DNA of 32,000 nucleotides. It comes from Promethearchaeum syntrophicum. Lineage in GTDB: Archaea; Asgardarchaeota; Lokiarchaeia; Sigyniarchaeales; Promethearchaeaceae. Position numbers and translations under genes: made by a program. Below, one piece after another: positions 18,730 through 26,986 of this stretch (within the stretch, counting starts at the first letter, position 1; each line of letters starts with the position of its first letter). The notes under the pieces were generated by a model. That model was not told the DNA's origin. It worked only from the letters and a program-made list of their open reading frames with translations, and did not search any database. The stretch lies in assembly GCF_008000775.2 (NCBI RefSeq), contig NZ_CP042905.2:480001-512000 (forward strand), in the 5' to 3' direction.

Positions 18730-20130
18730 TTACCATGCTTTTTCTAATAATTCCCTCAATGATTCTGGATCCGGTTTTCGTGGATTGGAATTTACCGAAC
18801 CTCCTTTTGTATTCTCAATTATCCAATCGAAATCTTCTTTTAAAACGCCTAAATCCCTTAATTTAAGAGGTATCTGAATTTGTGAAAATAATTCTTTAAT
18901 CATTGATGCCAGTCTCTGAGAATTTTTCTCATCTGTTGCTTCTGGCTCATACTTTGTAAATAAATCCAATTGACTAAAAATTCGACCGATTCTGGCATAT
19001 TTATCAGCGCGATACTCTAAATTATATTCAATAACATAAGGTAAAAGCGCTCCACAAACTTTTCCATGTGGTAAATTGTATTTATAACCAATTGGATGGG
19101 CTAAACCATGAACCAATCCTAAACCAACATTAGAAAGTGCAATCCCTGCAAAAAATGATCCCAATAACATCTCCGAACGCGCAGCATAATCTTCCCCATT
19201 ATCAAAAACTGTCCTTAAATTCGGTAGGATCAGAAATATTGCTTCTAATGCATAAATATCAGCAAGAGGATGGCTTTTTATTGACACATAACTTTCAATT
19301 GCTTGAACTAGTGCATCAGCACCACTAGAAGCTGTGATTTCTGGTGGACATTTTAGCGATAATTCAGGATCTAGCAATATATACTTAGACATCAAATTGC
19401 TTCCTCGAATACTTTTCTTATGTCCCCTCGTTTTATCAATTAGAACTGCATTATTTGTGATCTCAGTACCAGTTCCCGCTGTTGTCGGGATTGCAATAAA
19501 AGGCAATCCTGGTAATTCAAAAGGTTTTCCTTCATGATAATCCTCAGCTAAACCACCATTTGTAACAATTCCAGCTGTTGCTTTTGCTACATCCATCACC
19601 GATCCGCCACCAATCCCCACGATGAAATGAACTTTTTCTTCAAGAGCCATTTCAACAGCTTCATTTACCATGGTGACATCTGCTTCACCCTTTCCACATG
19701 AAAAAACTATTGTTTCTATGTTGTTATTTTCACAAGATTGTAATATTTTATCCAAAGATCCTGATTTTTTTACTGATTCATGACCAATAATAATCAATAT
19801 TTTTGGACGCTTAATTTCTGCTTTCTTTATATGCAATAGCGTAGGATCCAGCAGATTAAAAATAGCTTTTGGAACATTTTTTACAACGCCCTTCCCAAAT
19901 TCGATTTTTGGTTGTGGGAATGAAAAAACAACATCTTCCCATCGTATATGCGGTAAAGGGAGTTTTTCTAATTCTTCGGATTTTTCTTGCTTAATTTGTA
20001 TTTTTTCTGTTAAAATTTTCTCTTGCTTCTCAATTTCTTTCTCAGAATTCTCTAAATCCAAGTCTGTGTCTTTTTGGTTATCGGGTTCTTTATTAATTTC
20101 TTCATTCATTTTCTTGCCAGATTCTTCCAT
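18730..20130 (-). CDS. Iron-containing alcohol dehydrogenase with charged N-terminal extension
   Basis: FGKGVV, GIGGGSVMDVAKATAG, PFIAIPTTAGTGTEITNNAVL, GLVHGLAHPIGYKYNLPHGKVCGALLPYVIEYN. Confidence 0.93.
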   Translation of the reverse strand: MEESGKKMNEEINKEPDNQKDTDLDLENSEKEIEKQEKILTEKIQIKQEKSEELEKLPLPHIRWEDVVFSFPQPKIEFGKGVVKNVPKAIFNLLDPTLLHIKKAEIKRPKILIIIGHESVKKSGSLDKILQSCENNNIETIVFSCGKGEADVTMVNEAVEMALEEKVHFIVGIGGGSVMDVAKATAGIVTNGGLAEDYHEGKPFELPGLPFIAIPTTAGTGTEITNNAVLIDKTRGHKKSIRGSNLMSKYILLDPELSLKCPPEITASSGADALVQAIESYVSIKSHPLADIYALEAIFLILPNLRTVFDNGEDYAARSEMLLGSFFAGIALSNVGLGLVHGLAHPIGYKYNLPHGKVCGALLPYVIEYNLEYRADKYARIGRIFSQLDLFTKYEPEATDEKNSQRLASMIKELFSQIQIPLKLRDLGVLKEDFDWIIENTKGGSVNSNPRKPDPESLRELLEKAW

Positions 20131-20227
20131 ATTTCTCTCTTAGAAATAAAATTTCCTTAATAGTTTAAAACTATTGCGAAAATGAAAAATGATTCTAATT
20201 ATAAAAATTCATGCTATGAAAAGAAAT

Positions 20228-20746
20228 TTAATTCATAGCATATTTTTTTGTCCATTCTTTAGCCTTATTATCAAATTTCCTGTAATTATTCAAGGCTTGA
20301 TCTCCCGCTTCAAAATTAAGCGGATCTGCAGGATTAAAGAATGGAGGTTCGCAATGAATTTGACCCTTTAATGCCTCTATAACATTTGTTAGTGTCTTAC
20401 TAGGGGTCCAACCGCTTGCCCCGGTTTTTATATCTACTTTCCCTACAAGTTCTGGGTTAATTAAATCCAAGCATATATTTATCTTACCTGGGGGTATCGA
20501 CGAATCTATATTCGGATGCCATAATAAAGTATGCTCATATACGTAAGGTGGGCTGAATGGGTAATTATCTCCCATTTTAATTTCAAACATGAATTTTCCT
20601 CCAGCGTAAGGCGTTCCTTCTCTGCCTGTAATAGTTAATCGTAAATGATCAACATTCATGCCCCATGGTTCTAAACGGACCAAATTTTCATCTTTAAATG
20701 TTTCAACAGCTTCAGTATAATCGACTTCTTCACGCATATTATTCAC
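20228..20746 (-). CDS. Ubiquitin-conjugating enzyme E2 (UBC-fold), catalytic Cys at residue 92
   Basis: TPYAGGKFMFEIKMGDNYPFSPPYVYEHTLLWHPNIDSSIPPGKINICLDLI...SGWTPSKTLTNVIEALKGQIHCEPPFFNPADPLNFEAG...YRKFDNKAKEWTKKYAMN: the YPF.PP, HPN, ICLD, W.P..T and C-terminal helix signatures occur in canonical E2 order. Confidence 0.95.
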   Translation of the reverse strand: MNNMREEVDYTEAVETFKDENLVRLEPWGMNVDHLRLTITGREGTPYAGGKFMFEIKMGDNYPFSPPYVYEHTLLWHPNIDSSIPPGKINICLDLINPELVGKVDIKTGASGWTPSKTLTNVIEALKGQIHCEPPFFNPADPLNFEAGDQALNNYRKFDNKAKEWTKKYAMN

Positions 20747-21035
20747 GATATTGTTTAATCCGCTTTCTTTTTGCCTTTATAAGTAAAATGGTTTTGAATA
20801 TTTCCGATAGTTAATCTTGTCTGGCAAAATTGGCGGGAAAATCTTGATAATTTTTATATAACTTATTATTTAATAGGATGTTAGAACTTAAAAAAAGTTT
20901 CAATTATATATTTAAATAAGAAGGGAAATCAAGCCTTTTAATAGTCGGGCAATCATTTTATTTGAATTTTACCAAAAAAAAAAGCTAAATTCTATATCTA
21001 ATTCAAAAAATTGTATTAGGATTTGTTTCCCAACT

Positions 21036-21905
21036 TTATAATCCAAAATAATCAGCATAATGTTTGAAAAAACCCTTAGTATTACTTGAAAGATAATTTC
21101 CTTTAATATTTGGGTTATATAGAATAGTATTTATATTATATCCTTGCTTAATTTCAAAGAATCGGAAATATTTGAAATGAATTGCATTAGTTGGGCATTC
21201 ATAGATACATCTCATACAGAGATTACACGTACAATTGAATTTAATAGTATCTTTAGCCTCCCCAAATAGTAAAATATTTCCGGTTGGACAATTTCTAACG
21301 CACTTAAAACATTTTATGCATGAATCAGATATAATGATTCGTTTTCCTAACCATTTAGCTCCAGTTGTTTCCATAAAACTGAATATTTTTGATACTAGAG
21401 TTAAGATGAAATTATTTCTTTCGAGCGATACTTTTCTTTTCATGATATCTTGGGCTAATTTCTTTATCCTAATCTGAGCAAGTTGATATAATTGTTTATT
21501 TAAATTATCATTGAATTTAAGTAGAACATTTGTTGGCATAATCGACAAATTTTCATTGAATACATTAAATCCTTTTTTTTCTAATTGATTTCTCAGTAAT
21601 TTGGTAGATCCACCATGTAAGAAAGGATCTCCCGATGATCTAAAAGTAAAAAGTTTCTTCCCTTTATCATTATGAAGCTGTTGAATAAAAGTATAAACTA
21701 TTTTCGGTGCATTAAAAGCGTGGATTGGATAACCTATCCCAATAAGATCATATTTTTCCGTATTTACCATGGTTTTCTTTTTGATCATATTTTCGATTTT
21801 CTTTTCAATTACCTCTGCATCGAGATTGATTAATTCTTTTTGAAGTAGATGTGCAATGATCTCAGTATTTCCCGTTCCAGAAAAATAAAATATGCAAATT
21901 TTCAC
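21036..21905 (-). CDS. EFR1-type protein: N-terminal flavodoxin domain + C-terminal 2[4Fe-4S] ferredoxin domain
   Basis: IFYFSGTGNTEIIAHLL...IGYPIHAFNAPKIVYTFI plus two clusters, CIKCFKCVRNCPTGN and CNLCMRCIYECPTNAI. Confidence 0.92.
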   Translation of the reverse strand: MKICIFYFSGTGNTEIIAHLLQKELINLDAEVIEKKIENMIKKKTMVNTEKYDLIGIGYPIHAFNAPKIVYTFIQQLHNDKGKKLFTFRSSGDPFLHGGSTKLLRNQLEKKGFNVFNENLSIMPTNVLLKFNDNLNKQLYQLAQIRIKKLAQDIMKRKVSLERNNFILTLVSKIFSFMETTGAKWLGKRIIISDSCIKCFKCVRNCPTGNILLFGEAKDTIKFNCTCNLCMRCIYECPTNAIHFKYFRFFEIKQGYNINTILYNPNIKGNYLSSNTKGFFKHYADYFGL

Positions 21906-22045
21906 AATATTTTCACAAAATAATAATGTAAAAAAAGATCTTATAATACTTACGATAATTAATTGCGAATATATGGATTAAGTCCAAAACTGATCTTATT
22001 TTAATAAAGCCGAGGATTTTAATCAAAGGGAATTTTGTAATAATC

Positions 22046-22843
22046 ATGAATATTGTAATAACGGGGAGTACAAGAGGGATTGGAAAAGCACTTGCAAATA
22101 AGTTCTTGGAATTTGGAGATATTGTAGTAATAACATCGAGATCAAATGATGCTGTCAAAAAAGCTATTGATGAATTCGGTAAAAAATATGGAGCTGAAAA
22201 TGTTTTTGGCTTTGAATGCGATGTTACTGATGCCCAACAAGTAGATGCTTTGTTAAATTTTGCAATTGATAAATTGGGTAAGATTGATATCTGGATAAAT
22301 AATGCAGGAACGGCCGGAGATAAGCGTCGACTTTTAGTTGAAGTGGAAACTTCGCAAATAAAGCGAGTTATTGAAACAAATATACTTGGAACTTTATATT
22401 GTTGTAGAGCAGTATTAAAAACAATGATTTCTCAAGGTTCTGGGCATATTTTCAATATGGAGGGTATGGGATCGGATGGAAGGACTTATGCCAAATCATT
22501 AGTCTATGCTACATCAAAATCTGCTATACCGATGATACAGAAAACCTTACTATTAGAAACTAAGGGTTTACCTGTGGGCATTCATGACTTATCTCCTGGT
22601 ATGGTATTAACCGATTTATTACTTAAGGATGAACCTGACCTTCAAACTAAGAAAGTGTATAATATTTTAGCAGAAAAACCAGAAACAGTTGCTGAGTATT
22701 TAGTTCCGAAAATTAGAAATATTAAGGGAACAGGAAAAAAAATTAAATTTCTGAGTGGACCAAAAGTAATGTGGCGATTTTTAACAGCTGGAAAATTTAA
22801 GAATAAGTATTTTGATGACCATGGAAATCCAACGAATCTCTAG
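22046..22843 (+). CDS. Classical short-chain dehydrogenase/reductase, chlorophyll b reductase (NYC1/NOL)-like
   Basis: VITGSTRGIGKALANKFLEFGDIVVITSRS, NNAG, YATSK. The pattern FECDVTDAQQ...KLGKIDIWINNAGTAGDKR, GHIFNMEGMGSDG and SPGMVLTDLLL resembles plant NYC1/NOL. Confidence 0.85.
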   Translation: MNIVITGSTRGIGKALANKFLEFGDIVVITSRSNDAVKKAIDEFGKKYGAENVFGFECDVTDAQQVDALLNFAIDKLGKIDIWINNAGTAGDKRRLLVEVETSQIKRVIETNILGTLYCCRAVLKTMISQGSGHIFNMEGMGSDGRTYAKSLVYATSKSAIPMIQKTLLLETKGLPVGIHDLSPGMVLTDLLLKDEPDLQTKKVYNILAEKPETVAEYLVPKIRNIKGTGKKIKFLSGPKVMWRFLTAGKFKNKYFDDHGNPTNL

Positions 22844-22918
22844 TTAAGAAACACTGCTCAGAGTAAGATAGTGTTTTTTTACTTTTTATTTTTTAACTAT
22901 TGTGTTTTATTTAAGAAT

Positions 22919-23533
22919 ATGATCGAAGATAATAAAAAATTAAATCCCTTTATAGGCATCGCATTTGGTTTTGTTTTAATCTTTTTTGGGATTTTTGGAA
23001 TTCTTTTTCTTTTTGGTGATAAACTGACTGAATTTTTTTATATATTAGCAATAATACCGTTTGTTATTCCCGGAGTATTTTTCTTAGTTTTAAATGCAAG
23101 TTACCTAGGGATTCGGAGGTTGGCAACTAAAATAGATGAAAGTGCAGAACTGATGAATCCTAAAACATCTCTTCACGGTACATGTGCTATAACGAAAGTA
23201 AGAGATCTATACATACTCAAATTTAGTGATAATTATTTGCATGTCATAAGGATGAATGATAGAATAAATGTTTCTGCATCTTGGTCTAGAAGGACTTTCG
23301 GGCCAAAATTACCTACGAGTTTGCCAATTAAATGTCCAGTATTGACAGAATTCAATGGTTTTAAAATAAGGAAGTGCGAGGGAAAAGCTGTATTATATGA
23401 TGTTGATGAAAATCAATGGGTTTCAGGGCAAGCTACAATGTTTTCCATCTTTTTCTTTTCAAAGTCGATAACTCCTTTACTATATCCAGACGTATTTCAA
23501 AATTTAATTAATTTAATCGATCAATATAATTAG
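22919..23533 (+). CDS. Small membrane protein (two adjacent TM segments plus C-terminal cytosolic domain), unknown function
   Basis: IGIAFGFVLIFFGIFGILFLF and FYILAIIPFVIPGVFFLVL. ATG at 22919 preferred over the GTG start at 22871. Confidence 0.55.
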   Translation: MIEDNKKLNPFIGIAFGFVLIFFGIFGILFLFGDKLTEFFYILAIIPFVIPGVFFLVLNASYLGIRRLATKIDESAELMNPKTSLHGTCAITKVRDLYILKFSDNYLHVIRMNDRINVSASWSRRTFGPKLPTSLPIKCPVLTEFNGFKIRKCEGKAVLYDVDENQWVSGQATMFSIFFFSKSITPLLYPDVFQNLINLIDQYN

Positions 23534-23546
23534 CTTTTTTTTTATT

Positions 23547-24662
23547 TTATTTCATTTTTGTTTGATTTACTATGAATGAAATTAGATATTCAATTGAGTA
23601 TGTTCCATTTTCATAACGATTTAGAAAATAAATAACCAACCAAATAGTAAGAATGAGCAAAATTATTGGGAACCATATTAAAACTGGTGAACATTCCAAT
23701 TGTATAATAAAAAATAGATAATGACTTAGATAAATTGATAAGGAATATTTTCCGAAAAGTACTAACATGTGTGGTTTTTCTTCTAAAACTTTTTTTTTTC
23801 TTTTATTTTCAACGATATAGAAGACAAAAACTAATATTATAATCTCCCATCCGATACTATAAAGGCACCATACATATGATCCTCTAATTAGAAAAAGCGG
23901 CAATTCTTGAACCATCCAGTTGGGATTCCTATTTAATTTTTGAATATAATAAGTTCCTAATTCAGAATCACTATATTGCAGACATCCGATGATTATTCCA
24001 GACAATAACATTAAAAATCCCAAGATAAACCATTTCTTTAACTTAATATTAATTGTATCTTCTGAAAATTCAAAAATATCCTGACCGAATATTGTTCCTA
24101 TTAAAAAAAATGGAAGAAAAATCATAATACTATTTGCGTTTATTTGATTAAAAAGAATAAAATAAATTATATTCGCAGCAGTATTGCTATCTCTTGTCAT
24201 TAGCAGCCCGTTTAATAACAATGGTGTAAATAATATTAGAAATAATAGAAATAAGAATCGAGTTCTTTTAGGGATTTTAATTAATAGTAATCCCAATAAT
24301 CTTGAGAATGCAATTGTTTGTAAAATATACCAATACCATAGGTTATTCCAACCATAATCATTGATAAAAACTGCTATTATGTTATAAAAAAGGCTTAAGA
24401 TAAGGATTATAAGGGTTCTGATTAATGATCTTCGATATATTTCTTTTTTTGAAGTTCCCTTTTCTAATTGATGATTCCAAGAAAATCCAAAACCGAGTCC
24501 TGATACGAAAATAAAACCATTAACAAGAAAAGTATTCGAAATAAAACGATAAATGATTAATATGTAAGCATCTTGAGGATCCAACCAGTATAGTAGCCCA
24601 TGGGTAATTAACATAAATAAAATTGAGATTCCTCTAAGAATATCAAAAGTCTTTATTCTCAT
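23547..24662 (-). CDS. Polytopic membrane acyltransferase-like protein (DUF1624/heparan-alpha-glucosaminide N-acetyltransferase-like)
   Basis: MRIKTFDILRGISILFMLITHGLLYWLD...FVSGLGFGFSWN, about 10 TM segments. Confidence 0.7.
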   Translation of the reverse strand: MRIKTFDILRGISILFMLITHGLLYWLDPQDAYILIIYRFISNTFLVNGFIFVSGLGFGFSWNHQLEKGTSKKEIYRRSLIRTLIILILSLFYNIIAVFINDYGWNNLWYWYILQTIAFSRLLGLLLIKIPKRTRFLFLLFLILFTPLLLNGLLMTRDSNTAANIIYFILFNQINANSIMIFLPFFLIGTIFGQDIFEFSEDTINIKLKKWFILGFLMLLSGIIIGCLQYSDSELGTYYIQKLNRNPNWMVQELPLFLIRGSYVWCLYSIGWEIIILVFVFYIVENKRKKKVLEEKPHMLVLFGKYSLSIYLSHYLFFIIQLECSPVLIWFPIILLILTIWLVIYFLNRYENGTYSIEYLISFIVNQTKMK

Positions 24663-24726
24663 CCAAATTCATCATCAGTTAAATATTAAATGAAATAGAT
24701 AAATATTTAATGAGTGGAAAAATTTT

Positions 24727-25938
24727 ATGTCAAGTGAAATCCGCCAAAAAAGAGTAATTACTATTGATCTTCTTCGTGGAATATCTATATTTTTAATGGT
24801 CATGGCTCACGTAGAAACTTATTGGTTAGATCCAGAGTCCTTTTGGGTGATTGGCTTAAAATTTTTAATAGTTCAAATTATGGGTACGAGTAATTTCACT
24901 TTCGTTGCTGGAATTGGGTTTGCCTTCTCCTTTCAGAATAATTTGAAAAAAAGCACATCCCGCAATATAACAATAAGAAAGTCCCTTTCTCACACAATTA
25001 TTTTGATAATTCTGTCTTTTATATTTAATGGTTTACAAGTTTTAATAGGTGGATTAGGGATAAGTGGACTCTGGGCATGGAATATTTTGCAATGTATCGC
25101 ATTCTGCCGTTTATTTGGGATTCTTATTATTTCAATGTCCAAATATTATCGGTTTATAATTGCTATTATTTGGATATTTTTAACCGAATTTATTATCTCT
25201 TGGATGCTACCCAGTTATCAAGTGGAGTCTTTCGCAAGATCGGTCTTTTTAATCTTCTTTAATCCTCTTCATGGAGATGGAATACTTATTTTTATTCCAT
25301 TTTTTATTTTCGGAACCATATTTGGGGAATTTATTCACTTTATTATCAATCAAGACAAAACCTCTGGAATTGATAAAGAATCTACAAAAAATATATCAAA
25401 TACAATAAAGAAGTGGTTCGGAATTGGTTTAGGAATGTTAATTTTTGGTTTAGCTATTGGATTAAAACCTGTGGGTGCTGAAAGAGATTATTATGAGTTA
25501 ATAAAGTGGATAAATACCCATCCAAAAATTGATATTTCCACTTTACCTTCCTTCATAATGCCAAATTTCTATGCGTGGGTCTTTTTTTGTGCAGGATGGC
25601 AAATAATGTTTGCCATAGTTACGTTTTATATTATTGATCTAAAGAGCCACTTTCCAAAACCTTCGAACATTTTTAATATCTTTGGAAAATATTCGTTAAG
25701 CATCTATTTTAGCCATTATATACTTCTATACTTCCCATTTTTCATTAATCCCAACTTTTCTCTAAATTATTTTACGATATGGTTTTATTTTATCGGGTTT
25801 GAAGCAATTATTTGGTTGATTTTTTATTTATTAGATAAAAAAGGGGATTATAAAATCTCGTTAGAATATATTATTTTAATATTTTCAAGAAAACTCAATT
25901 CTATTCTAAATAGCAAAGAAAAAAACCTTAATCAATAG
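24727..25938 (+). CDS. Paralogous polytopic acyltransferase-like protein (DUF1624-like)
   Basis: RVITIDLLRGISIFLMVMAHVETYWLD...FVAGIGFAFSFQNNLKKSTSRN; same architecture and motifs as the divergent neighbour. Confidence 0.7.
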   Translation: MSSEIRQKRVITIDLLRGISIFLMVMAHVETYWLDPESFWVIGLKFLIVQIMGTSNFTFVAGIGFAFSFQNNLKKSTSRNITIRKSLSHTIILIILSFIFNGLQVLIGGLGISGLWAWNILQCIAFCRLFGILIISMSKYYRFIIAIIWIFLTEFIISWMLPSYQVESFARSVFLIFFNPLHGDGILIFIPFFIFGTIFGEFIHFIINQDKTSGIDKESTKNISNTIKKWFGIGLGMLIFGLAIGLKPVGAERDYYELIKWINTHPKIDISTLPSFIMPNFYAWVFFCAGWQIMFAIVTFYIIDLKSHFPKPSNIFNIFGKYSLSIYFSHYILLYFPFFINPNFSLNYFTIWFYFIGFEAIIWLIFYLLDKKGDYKISLEYIILIFSRKLNSILNSKEKNLNQ

Positions 25939-26638
25939 TAATTGCCTTTTCAGTATTTTTGGGTATGAATAAAAACAAATTTAATATTAAAAGTAGAAGA
26001 ATAGTGAAATAGAACCATTCCCATGGAGGATAAGTAAGCCATGGTGAATTCAATGAAATATCTGGAAAGAAATAGTCTAAATTTGGTAATATAATAGATA
26101 TTAAGAAGATTATATTCAGTAAAATATAATGAATCAAAATAACTCTAAAATGAACCTTATTAGCGAATTCAGATTTCCTATTACAAATAATAACAAAATC
26201 TAGATCCAAAGTAATTAACAATCCAATAAACGCAATAGAAGCAGTAATAAAATGGGCAGTGATAAAATCTTCACGAAAAACACCCACTAAGCTCCATCCT
26301 ATAGAAGAAATTATTCCCAAAGAATAATTCAGAATATTTAATCTTGGAGATAAGGAAATAAAGTAATTATGGATATAAATCATATGTGGAATGAAAAGCA
26401 ATCCAAGAATTACAGTTCCAATATTCCATAATAGATATCCATTTGGATTAGCGGATTTACTACCTAAATTACTGATATGGTTAAAAAGTGAGTAAGGTTC
26501 AGGATATAAACAGATTGAAATAACTGTGATAATGAAATAGAACATCAATATAGAAAAAATATAGTAGGCATGAATTTTCTTCGGAGCCTTTCCCAATAAT
26601 ATTTTAAATAGAATATTTTTATTTTTTTTAATATTCAA
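25928..26638 (-). CDS. Six- to seven-TM membrane protein, DUF998-like
   Basis: SLFNHISNLGSKSANPNGYLLWNIGTVILGLLFIPHM...SIGWSLVGVFREDFITAHFITASIAFIG. Confidence 0.55.
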   Translation of the reverse strand: MNIKKNKNILFKILLGKAPKKIHAYYIFSILMFYFIITVISICLYPEPYSLFNHISNLGSKSANPNGYLLWNIGTVILGLLFIPHMIYIHNYFISLSPRLNILNYSLGIISSIGWSLVGVFREDFITAHFITASIAFIGLLITLDLDFVIICNRKSEFANKVHFRVILIHYILLNIIFLISIILPNLDYFFPDISLNSPWLTYPPWEWFYFTILLLLILNLFLFIPKNTEKAITID

Positions 26639-26643
26639 TCACG

Positions 26644-26904
26644 TTATTGAATTTGTTTCTCTAATTTTTCAATTTCGTTTAGAATTTTTTGTTCTTCCTT
26701 TTCTTCAAGACTTCCTTCCATTACTTTTCTCTCAAGTTGTTCGATACGCTTTTGAGTCTTATTTTTATCTACAGAATAAGATTTTTTATACGAATTACTT
26801 GTGTTTTTTTTTGAGTATTTACTGCTTTTTTTAGGTCGTTCTGATTTATCTGAAAAAAGAGCCCGAGCTTCTTCAAGCGATAATTTTTTCTTCTTCTGAG
26901 GCAT
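26644..26904 (-). CDS. Small basic, charged, helical (coiled-coil) protein, 86 aa
   Basis: Lys/Ser-rich linker followed by RIEQLERKVMEGSLEEKEEQKILNEIEKLEKQIQ heptad-like helix. Confidence 0.5.
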   Translation of the reverse strand: MPQKKKKLSLEEARALFSDKSERPKKSSKYSKKNTSNSYKKSYSVDKNKTQKRIEQLERKVMEGSLEEKEEQKILNEIEKLEKQIQ

Positions 26905-26986
26905 TTTTAAGTTTCCCTTATATATTTTTAAAAGCTCGAAAATTTAAAAAAAATGTGATTTTTTACAAAGAAAATTTATTTTAATA

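Noticed and set aside
20228-22843. Possible novel ubiquitin-linked operon comprising E2, EFR1 and NYC1-like SDR
   Set aside because: The SDR is on the opposite strand, about 290 bp separate the E2 and EFR1 genes, and no other Ub-pathway component is visible. Kept only as an orphan-E2 observation.
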